Below the pieces are notes generated by a model that worked only from the letters and a program-made list of their open reading frames with translations, did no database searches and was not told where the DNA came from. From Macrostomum lignano (taxonomy: Eukaryota), in NCBI GenBank assembly GCA_002269645.1, contig NIVC01001322.1:1-64000 (forward strand): a stretch of 64,000 nucleotides of DNA, in the 5' to 3' direction. Shown in pieces: positions 11,951 through 25,814 of this stretch (position 1 is the stretch's first letter; every line of letters begins with the position of its first letter). The position numbers were made by a program, and so were the translations under genes.

Positions 11951-13103
11951 TACCTGTCCCCTGTTTTAGTTGCTGGATTAGGCGCACACTTTTGCTCATT
12001 TTGTTCAGTAGTGCTGTTGCTGAGGCAGGAGTCATTCAATAATACTGCTAGTAGTCTAAGACTCCAATTCAGTCTGAAGTGTGAAGTGAACTAAGGAGAA
12101 GGTTAAATCTAACAGTTATTTTTATCGGTTTTATTTCTTTGTTCGCCGATGGCTCAGATGAGGAGCTAAGCTAGTAGGCGCCGGTCACAGTGGACCAATG
12201 GCAAGGCAGTTCTCAGTCGATCAATCTATCAAATCAGGTAGCGAAATTGCCAATAGTGCCGAAACGGCTCCAGAGATGCACTCTGTGCACTCTAGGTTAG
12301 CCAAGCGGCTCGGTTGATGAATCATGCGGTATCTGATGTTCGAGTTAGCCTATCATCAGCGCTAGGAGAGGCTGATCGGCGCGTTGAAGGCCAAAAGTAC
12401 AATTCCTCGTATTTAGCAATGTAATAGTACATGTAGCTACCCCATAATCTCGCCACTGCAAGAATCCCCTGCACAAGTCCCCTCTGTACCTGCATGGCCA
12501 ATGCGATCTAGTCCCAGCAGTGTCCCTTATCATCGGCTATTACTTCGAGATTGACAGCAAAAAGCCACTAGTTGGCAGGTAAGTGCAAAGCCCCTTCTAG
12601 TCGGAAGCCCGATTTCGAGAGTCCCGGTGTGGTGAGCCAGGACGTACGGGCTGGTGGCAGCGAGTTAGCTAATCTGCGGATTAACTAATTTTTACCTTCA
12701 AAATTCTCCCTGCTTGTCTCTCACTGTCCCTCTCTTAGCTATAGGACCTAGACTGCTCGCCACACGATCAAGCTACCAAGGGGCTGACCATCTGACAGGA
12801 GTGGGGGGCCAGGACTCTAATTGATTTATTTCTGAGACCTGAGGCCCGAAGGCTTCCCCACAAGGGGGCCGAAAGGTCGAAACCCATCACATAAATGGTT
12901 GATATTATTCCTGGCCTATAATTATTAAAAAAGAGTTGCAAAATAAGATATACCAGAGGAAAATTTGATAGCTGCTATTTTTTGCAGATCTTAAATAATT
13001 TCATTGAATGCTGTTCATGACGTTTTAACTTTTTATTTTATTATCAGTTATTGGGATTAAATTTACTGTCAAGTTTAGCTTTAGTTGATCGATTGAGTTT
13101 GAT

Positions 13104-13900
13104 TTAGATCTGTATTTTAACTAAATCGAATATCTCAATTCCATATTCTCCTCCACATTTTTGTCCGTATTGCGCATTCTGACATTGCTGGTTACAAAAC
13201 TCTTTGCTCACTGGACTTCCACGAGCTATTGTATTGCCATAGTAGCATCGGTTGCCGTTTGCTAGACCAAATAATTTTTTTCGCTTTTCAAGGCAACTTC
13301 TAGCACAATTTTCCTGGTTCATGATTAGAAAATTTTCTTTGACTTCTTCAGTTAGCACGTTTTCAGTAGGAGACCAATAAAAGCATCCCTTTGAGGGCGC
13401 TGAAATGGCGGCATAAAAGGGACTCCGTATTTTTGCAGCTTACTTGACATTTAGCAAAAAAACAGCTCCACTTACCTGGCACCAATGGAATGGTAAGCTT
13501 TGGCACTTTGTAGATACTAATGAAATTGCTACCACCACATTCTGCCTCTTTATGTGCACCACATCTTCGATTGCATCTATTGAGACCTGAAGCTGGATGA
13601 CTGTAGATTTTGTTTCCACAAAAGCATTGATTGTCGAATATTCCGAAAAAAATTACTCTCCAAATATTGACATTTTGGCCAACAGAGATTAGGTGCCATT
13701 TCAGTATTTCTATGACTCAAAAATTTTAGAGCTCTAAATCCATTTGAATTAAAATAGCAACCCACGTAGTCTTCTGAAATGGTTTGATTGATTACAGACA
13801 TATTACCCTCAGATTCGTTCACAAAGTACGAGTAACAGTTAAAAAGCTGCTGCATTTAAGCAAACTAAGAAAGCCGGACGAAGCCCAGACAATAGGGCGT
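13104..13900 (-). pseudogene. Two-WSC-domain protein, paralog 2 (exons about 13476-13855 and 13104-13399), frameshifted
   Basis: Same exon layout as paralog 1 (intron 13400-13475, phase 1). Frameshift in an A-run near 13650; CYC changed to CYY in WSC2. The indel could be an assembly error. Confidence 0.7.
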
Positions 13901-14772
13901 TGTTGCGGCATGCAATTTGTTTTATTAGTGATTGTGCGCATTCGATAATCAGTGATTTTTCAAGCCTAAATGCGAAGCATTGAATTCGCGTAAAGAAAGG
14001 GGAAATAAAAAAAAAATGTACGAGTACGTTTTATGAATCAAAAAGGTTATACGAGCGTTTATACACCGACCCGTGAACAACTTATGCCGAAAATTACAAT
14101 AGGGAGAGACTGTAAATTTACCCAAACGTTCTATTCAATGCTAGAGCAGTAAATTAATAGAAACTTACCGCTTGGATCTGAAATGAAGGTGGGAATTCAA
14201 TTTTTTTACGTATTTTTGTAAATTTCTAATTCTCGTTAAATACAAATGTGAGCAAACCATTGGCAGATTTAGCTGCGAACAGAAAGATAAAATCGTTCTA
14301 TTTTTTTGGATATAAAGCTTAACGAGTTTCAATATCAACTCAATGAAAATTCTCGTTTCAAAGGCTAAAACAGCTGAATTATTGTATAGAAATGTTGATT
14401 AGCAAGGAAACTTCTACCCAGTTAATCTAGATCTCAGAATTGAATTGTAGTATTGGGTACTCACTGAAGTTGGCTGAAATGAAGGGCGCAAACTTTAGAA
14501 TTATGTTAAAGTTTTTAAATGACTACACATCAAAAAGCCATTCTCTGAGTAGCTCGTAATACACAGAATCTCACCATCGTCTCCAAAGATGCCTGGAGCA
14601 GACACGAGAAGAGTCAGAGCGAGAGTATGGAACAGCATGTCGAATTTATTGGATTAGGCTTTTTTGCAATCGTCGAAAATTTGATCGATTTCGACGATTT
14701 GTCAGGCTCGAACCGTGCTTCTTTATAGAAAAATGTATGTGCAATTCAGAAAGTATTTGTGCCACGTAGAAA

Positions 14773-14788
14773 TCCTCTCTCTCTATCT

Positions 14789-14824
<36 letters not shown>

Positions 14825-14825
14825 C
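14773..14825 (+). repeat. TC/(TCTA)n stack at the left edge of the array (9 TCTA tetramers)
   Basis: One TCTA at 14782-14785 plus eight contiguous at 14789-14820. Confidence 0.9.
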
Positions 14826-16119
14826 TTAATACTAAAGTTGGTGCGTTGTTTGTCTGTGTGTGTGTGTGTTTGTTGGATAACTCCTCCTAGAATACTTGCA
14901 AGTCAGCGTTGAAACTTAATACTAAAGTTGGTGCGTTGTTTGTCTGTGTGTGTGTGTGTTTGTTGGATAACTCCTCCTAGAATACTTGCAAGTCAGCGTT
15001 GAAACTTATATGGGAAAACTGCAAATTTTCCGAGGATGGCTTTAGGCTATTTTAATCTTTCATTTTCAATTTTTAAGATCCCTAAAAAAGCAGAAAATGG
15101 CGGTCTTGACCTTTGATAATCTTAATTGTCCCCTCTTTCTGCTTGGAGCTGAAAATTTGCATCAATTTTAGTGATTGCGCCATAAAATTTTTCTATCTTG
15201 GCAGTGTATTTTCTCTCAAGTGGGGGGATGGTCGCGTTCTCAGTGGCTGCGTGTGTACACTTGAACCCTGGCTCACTGACTGACTTTATAGACAATTGCG
15301 CAACTATTTGTGTTCTGTTTTTTAACAGGAAGCCCTGTGTATTTTTTGCACAGTGAAATTCAGTGCATTTTAATGCATAAACTTGCGAGCATCTTTAGCA
15401 GGCAGTGAACGTACACTCGATATTTCAATGCTTAAAATCAGAAAGTTTCAAACACTAACTGTTGCTCGAGTTTTGAACTTAGAGAGGAGAGACTTATATT
15501 GCTGGAAAGATCTTGCTGCAATGAGTTCGGGGATATAAGTTTTTTGCTTTAAATATGAAAATTAAATTCACAGCATTCAAGAAAAGATTTTCATACTTTT
15601 AGCTTTCTGCAAAGATTGTGCTCATTTTGGAGTTCAATGGGGGTTCGACCGACCCCCAATAGTTGGTGGGGGGGAGTTCAATTTCTAGCTGCACTGCGTA
15701 TTGGAAGGGGGGTCGGTTGCTGTGTATTTGAGGGTTGATTTAGATTGCGCAATCTTTTTGTTAACTTTAACTGAGGCTGATACTGACTGCCTGAGAAATA
15801 AGTTGCGCAATTTAATTGGTTCAATGTTTTTACGGCGTCTTTCAACACGCAGCTGTGTGTAGCTCTAACCCTAACCCTAACCTTAACCAATGAATTCTGA
15901 GAGCTGGGCTGTTTGACGTAGAAATTTCGATTTAGTCCAGTTTCACGGAGAGGATTTCTATTTCGCGGAGAATATTTCGATGGTGTTCAGTTTCACGGAG
16001 ACGATTTCTGTTGCGCGGAGAGGTGTTGGAAAATGGGATTCCGCTGATGGAGTTCAGGGAATGGAATTCCGCTGATTGGAGTTCTTCCCCTTTCTTCTCC
16101 GAAGGAGGAGTTGGCCTCG
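14773..16119 (+). mobile_element. Helitron unit 1 (family A)
   Basis: 5' ATACTAAAGTTGGTGCG; 3' GGAGGAGTTGGCCTCG; 90-bp 5' duplication. Confidence 0.8.
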
Positions 16120-17347
16120 TCTTAATACTAAAGTTGGTGCGTTGTTTGTCTGTGTGTGTGTGTTTGTTGGATAACTCCTCCTAGAATACTTGCAAGTCAG
16201 CGTTGAAACTTATATGGGAAAACTGCAAATTTTCCGAGGATGGCTTTAGGCTATTTTAATCTTTCATTTTCAATTTTTAAGATCCCTAAAAAAGCAGAAA
16301 ATGGCGGTCTTGACCTTTGATGATCTTAATTGTCCCCTCTTTCTGCTTGGAGCTGAAAATTTGCATCAATTTTAGTGATTGCGCCATAAAATTTTTCTAT
16401 CTTGGCAGTGTATTTTCTCTCAAGTGGGGGATGGTCGCGTTCTCAGTGGCTGCGTGTGTACACTTGAACCCTGGCTCACTGACTGACTTTATAGACAATT
16501 GCGCAACTATTTGTGTTCTGTTTTTTAACAGGAAGCCCTGTGTATTTTTTGCACAGTGAAATTCAGTGCATTTTAATGCATAAACTTGCGAGCATCTTTA
16601 GCAGGCAGTGAACGTACACTCGATATTTCAATGCTTAAAATCAGAAAGTTTCAAACACTAACTGTTGCTCGAGTTTTGAACTTAGAGAGGAGAGACTTAT
16701 ATTGCTGGAAAGATCTTGCTGCAATGAGTTCGGGGATATAAGTTTTTTGCTTTAAATATGAAAATTAAATTCACAGCATTCAAGAAAAGATTTTCATACT
16801 TTTAGCTTTCTGCAAAGATTGTGCTCATTTTGGAGTTCAATGGGGGTTCGACCGACCCCCCAATAGTTGGTGGGGGGGAGTTCAATTTCTAGCTGCACTG
16901 CGTATTGGAAGGGGGGTCGGTTGCTGTGTATTTGAGGGTTGATTTAGATTGCGCAATCTTTTTGTTAACTTTAACTGAGGCTGATACTGACTGCCTGAGA
17001 AATAAGTTGCGCAATTTAATTGGTTCAATGTTTTTACGGCGTCTTTCAACACGCAGCTGTGTGTAGCTCTAACCCTAACCCTAACCAATGAATTCTGAGA
17101 GCTGGGCTATTTGACGTAGAAATTTCGATTTAGTCCAGTTTCACGGAGAGGATTTCTATTTCGCGGAGAATATTTCGATGGTGTTCAGTTTCACGGAGAG
17201 GATTTCGATAGTGTTCAGTTTCATGGAGACGATTTCTGTTGCGCGGAGAGGTGTTGGAAAATGGGATTCCGCTGATGGAGTTCAGGGAATGGAATTCCGC
17301 TGATTGGAGTTCTTCCCCTTTCTTCTCCGAAGGAGGAGTTGGCCTCG
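16120..17347 (+). mobile_element. Helitron unit 2 (family A, near-identical to unit 1)
   Basis: Junction CTCG|TCTTAATACTAAAG; ends GGCCTCG. Confidence 0.8.
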
Positions 17348-19879
17348 TATATACTAAAGTTGACGCGTTGTTTGTCTGTCTGTATGTCTGTCTGTATGTC
17401 TGTCTGTATGTCTGTCTGTCATTTCGACAACTCCTCCTTGAATAGTGCCAACTCAGCGTTGAAACTTATATGGGAAGATTGGAAATTATCCGAGGTCGGC
17501 TATAGGCTATTTTAATTCTGAAATTTTAATTTCTAAGATCCTCAAAAAAGCAGAAAACTCTAATCTTGACCTTTGATAATCTTATTTGTCTCCTCTTTCT
17601 GCTCGGAGCTGAAAAAATGCATGAATTTTTAGTGATTGCGCCACAACTTTTCCCTATCTCTGTAGTGTATTTTCTTTCCAGTGGGGGGTGGGAGCGTTCT
17701 CAGTGGCTGCGTGTGTACACTTGGACCCTGGCTCACTGGCTGACTGTATAGATAATTGCGCAATGATATGGCTACTGATAAGTTTTCCTGCCTTTCAATG
17801 GGCAGCCCTGTGTATTTGTTGGACATTGAAATTCAATGCATCAACTTGCAAGCAGGCAGTAAACGTACACTCGATACTTCAATGCTATAAATCAGACAGT
17901 TTCAAACCCTAACTGTTCCTCGAGTTTTAAACTTTGAGAGGAGAGACTTATATTGCTGGAAAGATCTTGCAACGCTGAGTTTAGGGATATAAGTTGTTTG
18001 CTTTAAATATGAAAAGAAAAAGCACCGCAAAAAACTATTTCCATACTTTTAACTATCTGCATAAATTGTACTCAGTTTTGCGAGACGTAAGAGATAAAGT
18101 TGGGGGCGGGTTTAACTTCTCACAGCTGCTGTGTATTGGAGGGTTGATTTAGATTGCGCAATTTTTTTGTTAACTTTAACTGAGACTAATACTGACTGAC
18201 TGTGAAATCGGTTGCGCAATGAATTGATTCAATTAGTTCAATATTTTTATCAGTGCCTTTTAACACGAAGCTGTGCGTAGTTCTAACCCTAACCCTAACC
18301 CTAACCCTAACCCTGACCAATGAATCCGGAGAGTTGAGTTGTTTGACGGAAAAAATTCGATTGAGTCCAGTTTAGCGGAGACGATTTCAATGTTTTAATT
18401 TTGACGGAGAGAATTTTTGTTTCGTGGAGAGGATTTCGATGGTGTTCAGTTTCACGGAGAGGATTTTGATGATGTTCAGCCTCACGGAGAGGATTTCTGT
18501 TTCGCGGAGATAATTAATGATTGATTTCTGCTTTATGGAGACGATTTTGATGGATTTAAGTTTCAAGGAGAGGATTTCGAAGCAGTCCAGTTTCACGGAG
18601 AGGATTTCGAAGGAGTCCAGTTTCACGGAGAGGATATCGATGGTTTTCAGTTGCACGGACAGGATTTCTGCTTCGCGGAGAAGATCTTGATAGATTTGGC
18701 ATCTTCAATCAGTCAGAGAAGAGAGTAAAGAGAAGAATGAAAAGAGAAGAGAGATGAAATGATAGAAAGCAGAGTAGAAATGAGTGGAGAGATTAGACAT
18801 GAAAGATGGGAGAGAAGAGGGGAGTAAGGCGGGAACGAAGGAGAGAGAAGAGAAGAGAAGAGAGGAGATGAAGGGAGAGGATATGAGAGAGGAGATATGA
18901 GATAGCAGAGAGGAGACAGGAGAGAGAAGAAAGGAGGGATAAGAGTGTACAGAGGCAATAGAAGAGAGGAAAGAGAGGAGAGAGGTGAGAGGTGAGAGGA
19001 GAGAGATGAAAGATCAGAGATCAGAGATTTAAGAGAAGAAAGTAGTGAGGAGAAAGAAGAGGGTAAAGATGAGAGTGCAGAGAGGAGAGAAACGAGAGGA
19101 GACAGGTGGTAGAAAGGAGTGTAAAAAACAGGAGATAAGAAAGGAGAGGGTGAGAGTGAGAGCATATACGAAAGTGTAAAAGGGGAGCAGAGGAGAGAGA
19201 ATAGATAAGTGAGTAGAGAAGAGATATGAGAGAGGAAAGACGAGGGGAGAGAGGAGACAGGAGAGAGTAAATTTGAAAGACCTGGGAGAAGAGATAAATA
19301 AGATAGTACAGATGAGAGGAGAGAGAGGAGAGAAGAGAGAATTGAGAGGAGAGGAGACAGGTGATGCAGTAGAAAGGAGGGAAGAAAAATGGGAGATAAG
19401 AAAGGAGAGGTTGAGAGCGTATAAGAGATACGAGAAATGAGAGCAGAGAGAAGAGAGAAAAGGGAAGAGAGAAAGTAGAGCGGAGACGATAGATAAGTGA
19501 TTAGAGATGAGATATGAGAGAGGAGAGAAAAGGGGAGAGATAAGATAGAAGATAGGAGAGTAGACAGGAGAGGGTACAGAAGAAAGACGAGGGAGAAGAG
19601 ATAAATAAGGGAGTAGAGATAAATAAGAGAGTAGGGGTAGAGATGAGATGAGAGAGAGGAGAGAGAAGCGAGTCACGATAATAGCGAAGAGAGGAGAGAG
19701 TAGATATGAGAGACGTAAGAGTCTTTGAGCTATGGTCTTTGAAAGGTTTGTAAAGAATTTGGAGACGATTTGGAAGATGGGGTTAAAGACATGGAATTTT
19801 CAGTTGATGGATAATTCAGGGAATGGAATTCCGGTGATGGAGTTCTTCCCTTTCTCCTCCGAAGGAGGAGTTCCACTCG
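17348..19879 (+). mobile_element. Helitron unit 3 (family B)
   Basis: Starts TATATACTAAAGTTGACG; hairpin CTCCTCC-GAA-GGAGGAG at 19854-19870, then TTCCACTCG. Confidence 0.8.
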
Positions 19880-22099
19880 TATATACTAAAGTTGACGCGT
19901 TGTTTGTCTGTCTGTATGTCTGTCTGTATGTCTGTCTGTCATTTCGACAACTCCTCCTTGAATAGTGCCAACTCAGCGTTGAAACTTATATGGGAAGATT
20001 GGAAATTATCCGAGGTCGGCTATAGGCTATTTTAATTCTGAAATTTTAATTTCTAAGATCCTCAAAAAAGCAGAAAACTTGAATCTTGACCTTTGATAAT
20101 CTTAATTGTCCCCTCTTTCTGCTTGGAGCTGAAAAATGCATGAATTTTTAGTGATTGCGCCACAACTTTCCCTATCTCTGTAGTGTATTTTCTTTCCAGT
20201 GGGGGGTGGGAGCGTTCTCAGTGGCTGCGTGTGTACACTTGGACCCTGGCTCACTGGCTGACTTTATAGATAATTGCGCAATGATATGGCTACTGATAAG
20301 TTTTCCTGCCTTTCAATGGGCAGTCCTGTGTATTTGTTGGACATTGAAATTCAATGCATCATCTTGCAAGCAGGCAGTGAACGTACACTCGATACTTCAA
20401 TGCTATAAATCAGACAGTTTCAAACGCTAACTGTTCCTCGAGTTTTAAACTTTGAGAGGAGAATCTTACATTGCTGGCAAGATCTTGCAACGCTGAGTTC
20501 GGGGATATAAGTTGTTTGCTTTAAATATGAAAAGAAAAAGCACAGCATTTGAAAAACTATTTCCATACTTTTAACTTTCTGCAAAGATTGTACTTTAATC
20601 TGCAAAGATTGTTGGGGGGAGGGTTCAACTTCTCACTGCTGCTGTGTATTAGAGGGTTGATTTAGATTGCGCAATGTTTTTGTTAACTTTACCTGAGGCT
20701 GATACTGACTGACTGTGAAATCGGTTGCGCAATGAATTGATTCAATTAGTTCAATATTTTTATCTGTGCCTTTTAACACGAAGCTGTGCGTAGTTCTAAC
20801 CCTAACCCTAACCCTAACCCTAACCCTAACCCTAATGAATCTGGCGAGTTGAGTTGTTTGACGGAAAAAAATCGATTAAGTCAAGTTTAGCGGAGACGAT
20901 TTCAATGTTTAAATTCTGACGGAGAAGATTTCTGTTTCGTGGAGAGGATTTCGATGGTGTTCAGTTTCACGAAAGGATTTCCATGTGTTCAGTTTCACGG
21001 AGAGGATTTCGATCATGTTCAGCTTCACGGAGAGGCTTTCTGTTTCGCGGAGATAATTTATGATTGATTTCTGTTTTATGGAAACAATTTTGATGGATTT
21101 AAGTTTCAAGGAGAGGATTTCGAAGGAGTCCAGTTTCACTGAGAGGATTTCGATGGTTTTTAGTTGCACAGACAGGATTTTTGCTTCGCGGAGAGGATCT
21201 TGATGGATTTGGCATCTTCAATCAGTCAGAGAAGAGAGTAAAGAGAAGACTGAAAAGAGAAGAGAGAAGAGATGATAGAAAACAGAGTATAATTGAGTGG
21301 AGAGATTAGACATGACAGATTGGAGATGATAGGAGAGAGAATAGATGAGGGATAAGAGCGTACAGAGGCAATAGAAGAGAGGGGAGAGTAGAGGAGAAAG
21401 AAAGAGTGAGATGAGGAGATGAGGGATGAGAGAGCAGGGGAGAGAGGAGACAGGAGAGAGTACAGACGAAAGACTAGGGAGAAGATATAAATAAGGTAGT
21501 AAAGATGAGAGGAGAGAGAGGAGAGAGAAGCGAAAGGAGAAGAGAGTGAGGAGAGAGGAGAGAGATGAAAGGAGCAAGGAAAGGAGAAAAGAGAGAATGG
21601 AGAGAATAAAAAAGAGAGAAGAGAAGAGACAGGGGATAGTGAAAAGGAGGAAGAAAGATGGGAGACAAGAAAGTAGTGTCAGAGCGTATATGAAATATGA
21701 GAAATGAGAGCAGAGAGAAGAGAAAAGAGAAGAGAGAGAGAGAGGGTTAAGAGAGACGATAGATAAGTGAGTAGAGATGACATATGAGAGAGGAGAGAAG
21801 AGGGAGAGATAAGAGTGAAGAGAGGAGACAGAAGACAGGAGAAGGTACAGACGAAAGACGAGGGAGAAGAGATAAATAAGGGAGCAGGGGTAGAGATGAG
21901 ATGAGAGAGAGGAGAGAGGAGATATGAGAGACTTGAGAGTCTTTGAGCTATGGTCTTTGAAAGATTTTGTAAAGAATTTGGAGACGATTTGGAAGATAGG
22001 GTTAAAGACATGGAATTTCAGTTGATGGATATTTCAGGGAATAGAATTCCGGTGATGGGAGTTCTTCCCCTTTCTCCTCCGAAGGAGGAGTTCCACTCG
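19880..22099 (+). mobile_element. Helitron unit 4 (family B)
   Basis: Same termini as unit 3. Confidence 0.8.
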
Positions 22100-24669
22100 T
22101 ATATACTAAAGTTGACGTGTTGTTTGTCTGTCTGTGTGTGTGTCATTTCGACAACTCCTCCTTGAATAGTGGCAACTCAGCGTTGAAACTTATATGGGAA
22201 GATTGGAAATTATCCGAGGTCGGCTATAGGCTATTTTAATTCTGAAATTTTAATTTTTAAGATCCTCAAAAAAGCAGAAAACGGCGGTCTTGACCTTTGA
22301 TAATCTTAATTGTCCCCTCTTTCTGCTTGGAGCTGAAAATTTGCATGAATTTTTAGTGATTGCGCCACAACTTTTCCCTATCTCTGTAGTGTATTTTCTT
22401 TCCAGTGGGGGGTGGGAGCGTTCTCAGTGGCTGCGTGTGTACACTTGGACCCTGGCTCACTGGCTGACTTTATAGATAATTGCGCAATGATATGGCTACT
22501 GATAAGTTTTCCTGCCTTTCAATGGGCAGTCCTGTGTATTTGTTGGACATTGAAATTCAATGCATCAACTTGCAAGCAGGCAGTGAACGTACACTCGATA
22601 CTTCAATGCTATAAATCAGACAGTTTCAAACGCTAACTGTTCCTCGAGTTTTAAACTTTGAGAGGAGAAACTTATATTGCTGGAAAGATCTTGCAACGCT
22701 GAGTTCGGGGATATAAGTTGTTTGCTTTAAATATGAAAAGAAAAAGCACAGCATTTGAAAAACTATTTCCATACTTTTAACTTTCTGCAAAGATTGTACT
22801 TTAATCTGCAAAGATTGTTGGGGAGAGGGTTCAACTTCTCACTGCTGCTGTGTATTGGAGGGTTGATTTAGATTGCGCAATGTTTTTGTTAACTTTACCT
22901 GAGGCTGATACTGACTGACTGTGAAATCGGTTGCGCAATGAATTGATTCAATTAGTTCAATATTTTTATCTGTGCCTTTTAACACGAAGCTGTGCGTAGT
23001 TCTAACCCTAACCCTAACCCTAACTAATGAATCCAGAGAGTTGAGTTGTTTGACGGAAAAAATTCGATTGAGTCCAGTTTAGCGGAGACGATTTCAATGT
23101 TTTAATTTTGACGGAGAGAATTTTTGTTTCGTGGAGAGGCTTTCGATGGTGCTCAGTTTCACGGAGAGGATTTCGATGATGTTCAGCTTCACGGAGAGGA
23201 TTTCTGTTTCGCGGAGATAATTTATGATTGATTTCTGTTTTATGGAGACGATTTTGATGGATTTAAGTTTCAAGGAGAGGATTTCGAAGGAGTCCAGTTT
23301 CACGGAGAAGATTTCGATGGTTTTCAGCTGCACGGACAGGATTTCTGCTTCGCGGAGAGGATCTTGATGGATTTGGAATCTTCAAACAGTCAGAGAAGAG
23401 AGTAAAGACAAGAATGAAAAGAGTAGAGAGATGAGTGGGTAGAAAAGAGAGTAGAAATGAGAGGATTTCTGGAGAGGATTTCGATGGTTTTCAGTTGCAC
23501 GGACAGGATTTTTCTGCTTCGCGGAGAGGATCTTGATGGATTTGGCATCTTCAATCAGTCAGAGAAGAGAGTAAAGAGAAGAATGAAAAGAGAAGAGAGA
23601 TGAGATGAGATGATAGAAAACAGAGTAGAAATGAGACGAGAGATTAGACATGACAGATGGGAGAGAAGAGGGGAGTAAGGCGGGAACGAAGGAGAGAGAA
23701 GAGAAGAGGAGAGAGGAGACGAGAGGGGAGATATGAGATAGCAGAGGGAGACAAGAGAGATGATAGGAGAGAGAATAGAGATGAGGGATAAGAGCGTAAA
23801 GAGGTAATAGAAAAGAGGGGAGAGTTGAGGAGAAAGAAGGAGTGAGATGAGGGATGAGAGATGAGAGAGGAGGGGAGAGAGAAGAGAGGAGAAAAGAGGG
23901 GAGAAATGAGACAGGAGAGAGTAGAGACGAAAGACCAGGGAAAAGATATAACTAAGGTAGTATAGATGAGAGGAGAGAGAGGAGGGAGAGAAGCGAGAGG
24001 AGAAGAGAGAGAGAGGAGAGAGGAAAGAGATGAAAGATCAGAGATAAGAGAGTTAAGAGAAGGAAAGTAGTGAGGAGAGGAGAGATGAGAGAATGGAGAG
24101 GATAGAAAAGAGAGAAGAGAAGAGACAGGGGATAGTGGTAAGGAGGAAAGAAAGATAGGAGACAAGAAAGTAGAGTGTGAGAGCGTATATGAGATATTAG
24201 AAATGAGAAGCAGATAGGAGAGAAAAGAGAAGAGAGAGAGGGTTAAGAGAGACGATAGATAAGTAAGGAGAGACGACATATGAGAGAGGAGAGAAGAGGG
24301 AGAGATAAGAGAGAAGAGAGGAGACAGGAGACAGAAGTAAAGAGGAGAGATATGAGAGAAGAGAGGAGACAAGAGACAGGAGAGGGTACAAACGAAAGAC
24401 GAGGGAGAAGAGATAAATAAGGGAGTAGGGGTAGAGATGAGATGAGAGAGAGGAGAGAGAAGAGAGTCATGATAATAGCGAGTAGAAGAGAGAGGAGATA
24501 TGAGAGACGTGAGAGTCTTTGAGCTATGGTCTTTCAAAGATTTTGTAAAGAATTTGGAGACGATTTGGAAGATGGGATTCAAGTGGAGTTTCAGCTGATG
24601 GATTTCAGGGAATGGAATTCCGGTGATGGGAATTCTTCCCCTTTCTCCTCCGAAGGAGGAGTTCCACTC
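22100..24669 (+). mobile_element. Helitron unit 5 (family B)
   Basis: Starts TATATACT; ends hairpin + TTCCACTC. Confidence 0.8.
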
Positions 24670-25814
24670 TCTCTTAATTAATACTAAAAGTGGTGCGATG
24701 TTTGTCTGTTTGTCTGTTTGTCCGTTTGTTGCATAACTCCTCCCAGAATACTTGCAACTCAGCGTTGAAACTTATATGGGAAAACTGCAAATTTTCCGAG
24801 GATGGCTTTAGGCTATTTTAATCTTTCATTTTCAATTTTTAAGATCCCTAAAAAAGCAGAAAACGGCGGTCTTGACCTTTGATAATCTTAATTGTCCCCT
24901 CTTTCTGCTCGGAGCTGAAAATTGGCATAAATTTTGAGTGATTACGCCACAACTTTTTCCTATGTCGCCAGTGCATTTTCTCTCCTGTGGGGGAATGGGC
25001 GCGTTCTCATTGGCGGCGTGTGTACAATTGGACCCTGGCTCACTGGCTGACTTTATAGACAATTGCGCAACTATTTGTGTTCTGTTTTTTAACAGGAAGC
25101 CCTGTGTATTTTTTGCACAGTGAAATTCAGTGCATTTTAATGCATAAACTTGCGAGCATCTTTAGCAGGCAGTGAACGTACACTCGATATTTCAATGCTT
25201 AAAATCAGAAAGTTTCAAACACTAACTGTTGCTCGAGTTTTGAACTTAGAGAGGAGAGACTTATATTGCTGGAAAGATCTTGCTCATTTTGGAGTTCAAT
25301 GGGGGTTCGACCGACCCCCCCCCCCAATAGTTGGTAGGGGGGTTCAATTTCTAGCTGCACTGCGTATTGGAAGGGGGTCGGTTTCTGTGTATTGGAGGGC
25401 TGATTTAGATTGCGCAATCTTTTTGTTAACTTTAACCGACGCTGATACTGACTGCCTGAGAAATAAGTTGCGCAATTTAATTGGTTCAATGTTTTTACGG
25501 CGCCTTTCAACACGCAGCTGTGTGTAGCTCTAACCCTAACCCTAACCCTAACCAATGAATTCTGAGAGCTGGGCTGTTTGACGGAGAAATTTCGATTTAG
25601 TCCAGTTTCACGGAGAGGATTTCTATTTCGCGGAGAATATTTCGATGGTGTTCAGTTTCACGGAGAGGATTTCGATAGTGTTCAGTTTCACGGAGACGAT
25701 TTCTGTTGCGCGGAGAGGTGTTGGAAAATGGGATTCCGCTGATGGAGTTCAGGGAATGGAATTCCGCTGATTGGAGTTCTTCCCCTTTCTTCTCCGAAGG
25801 AGGAGTTGGCCTCG
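24670..25814 (+). mobile_element. Helitron unit 6 (family A)
   Basis: Starts TCTCTTAATTAATACTAAAAGTGGTGCG; ends GGCCTCG. Confidence 0.8.
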
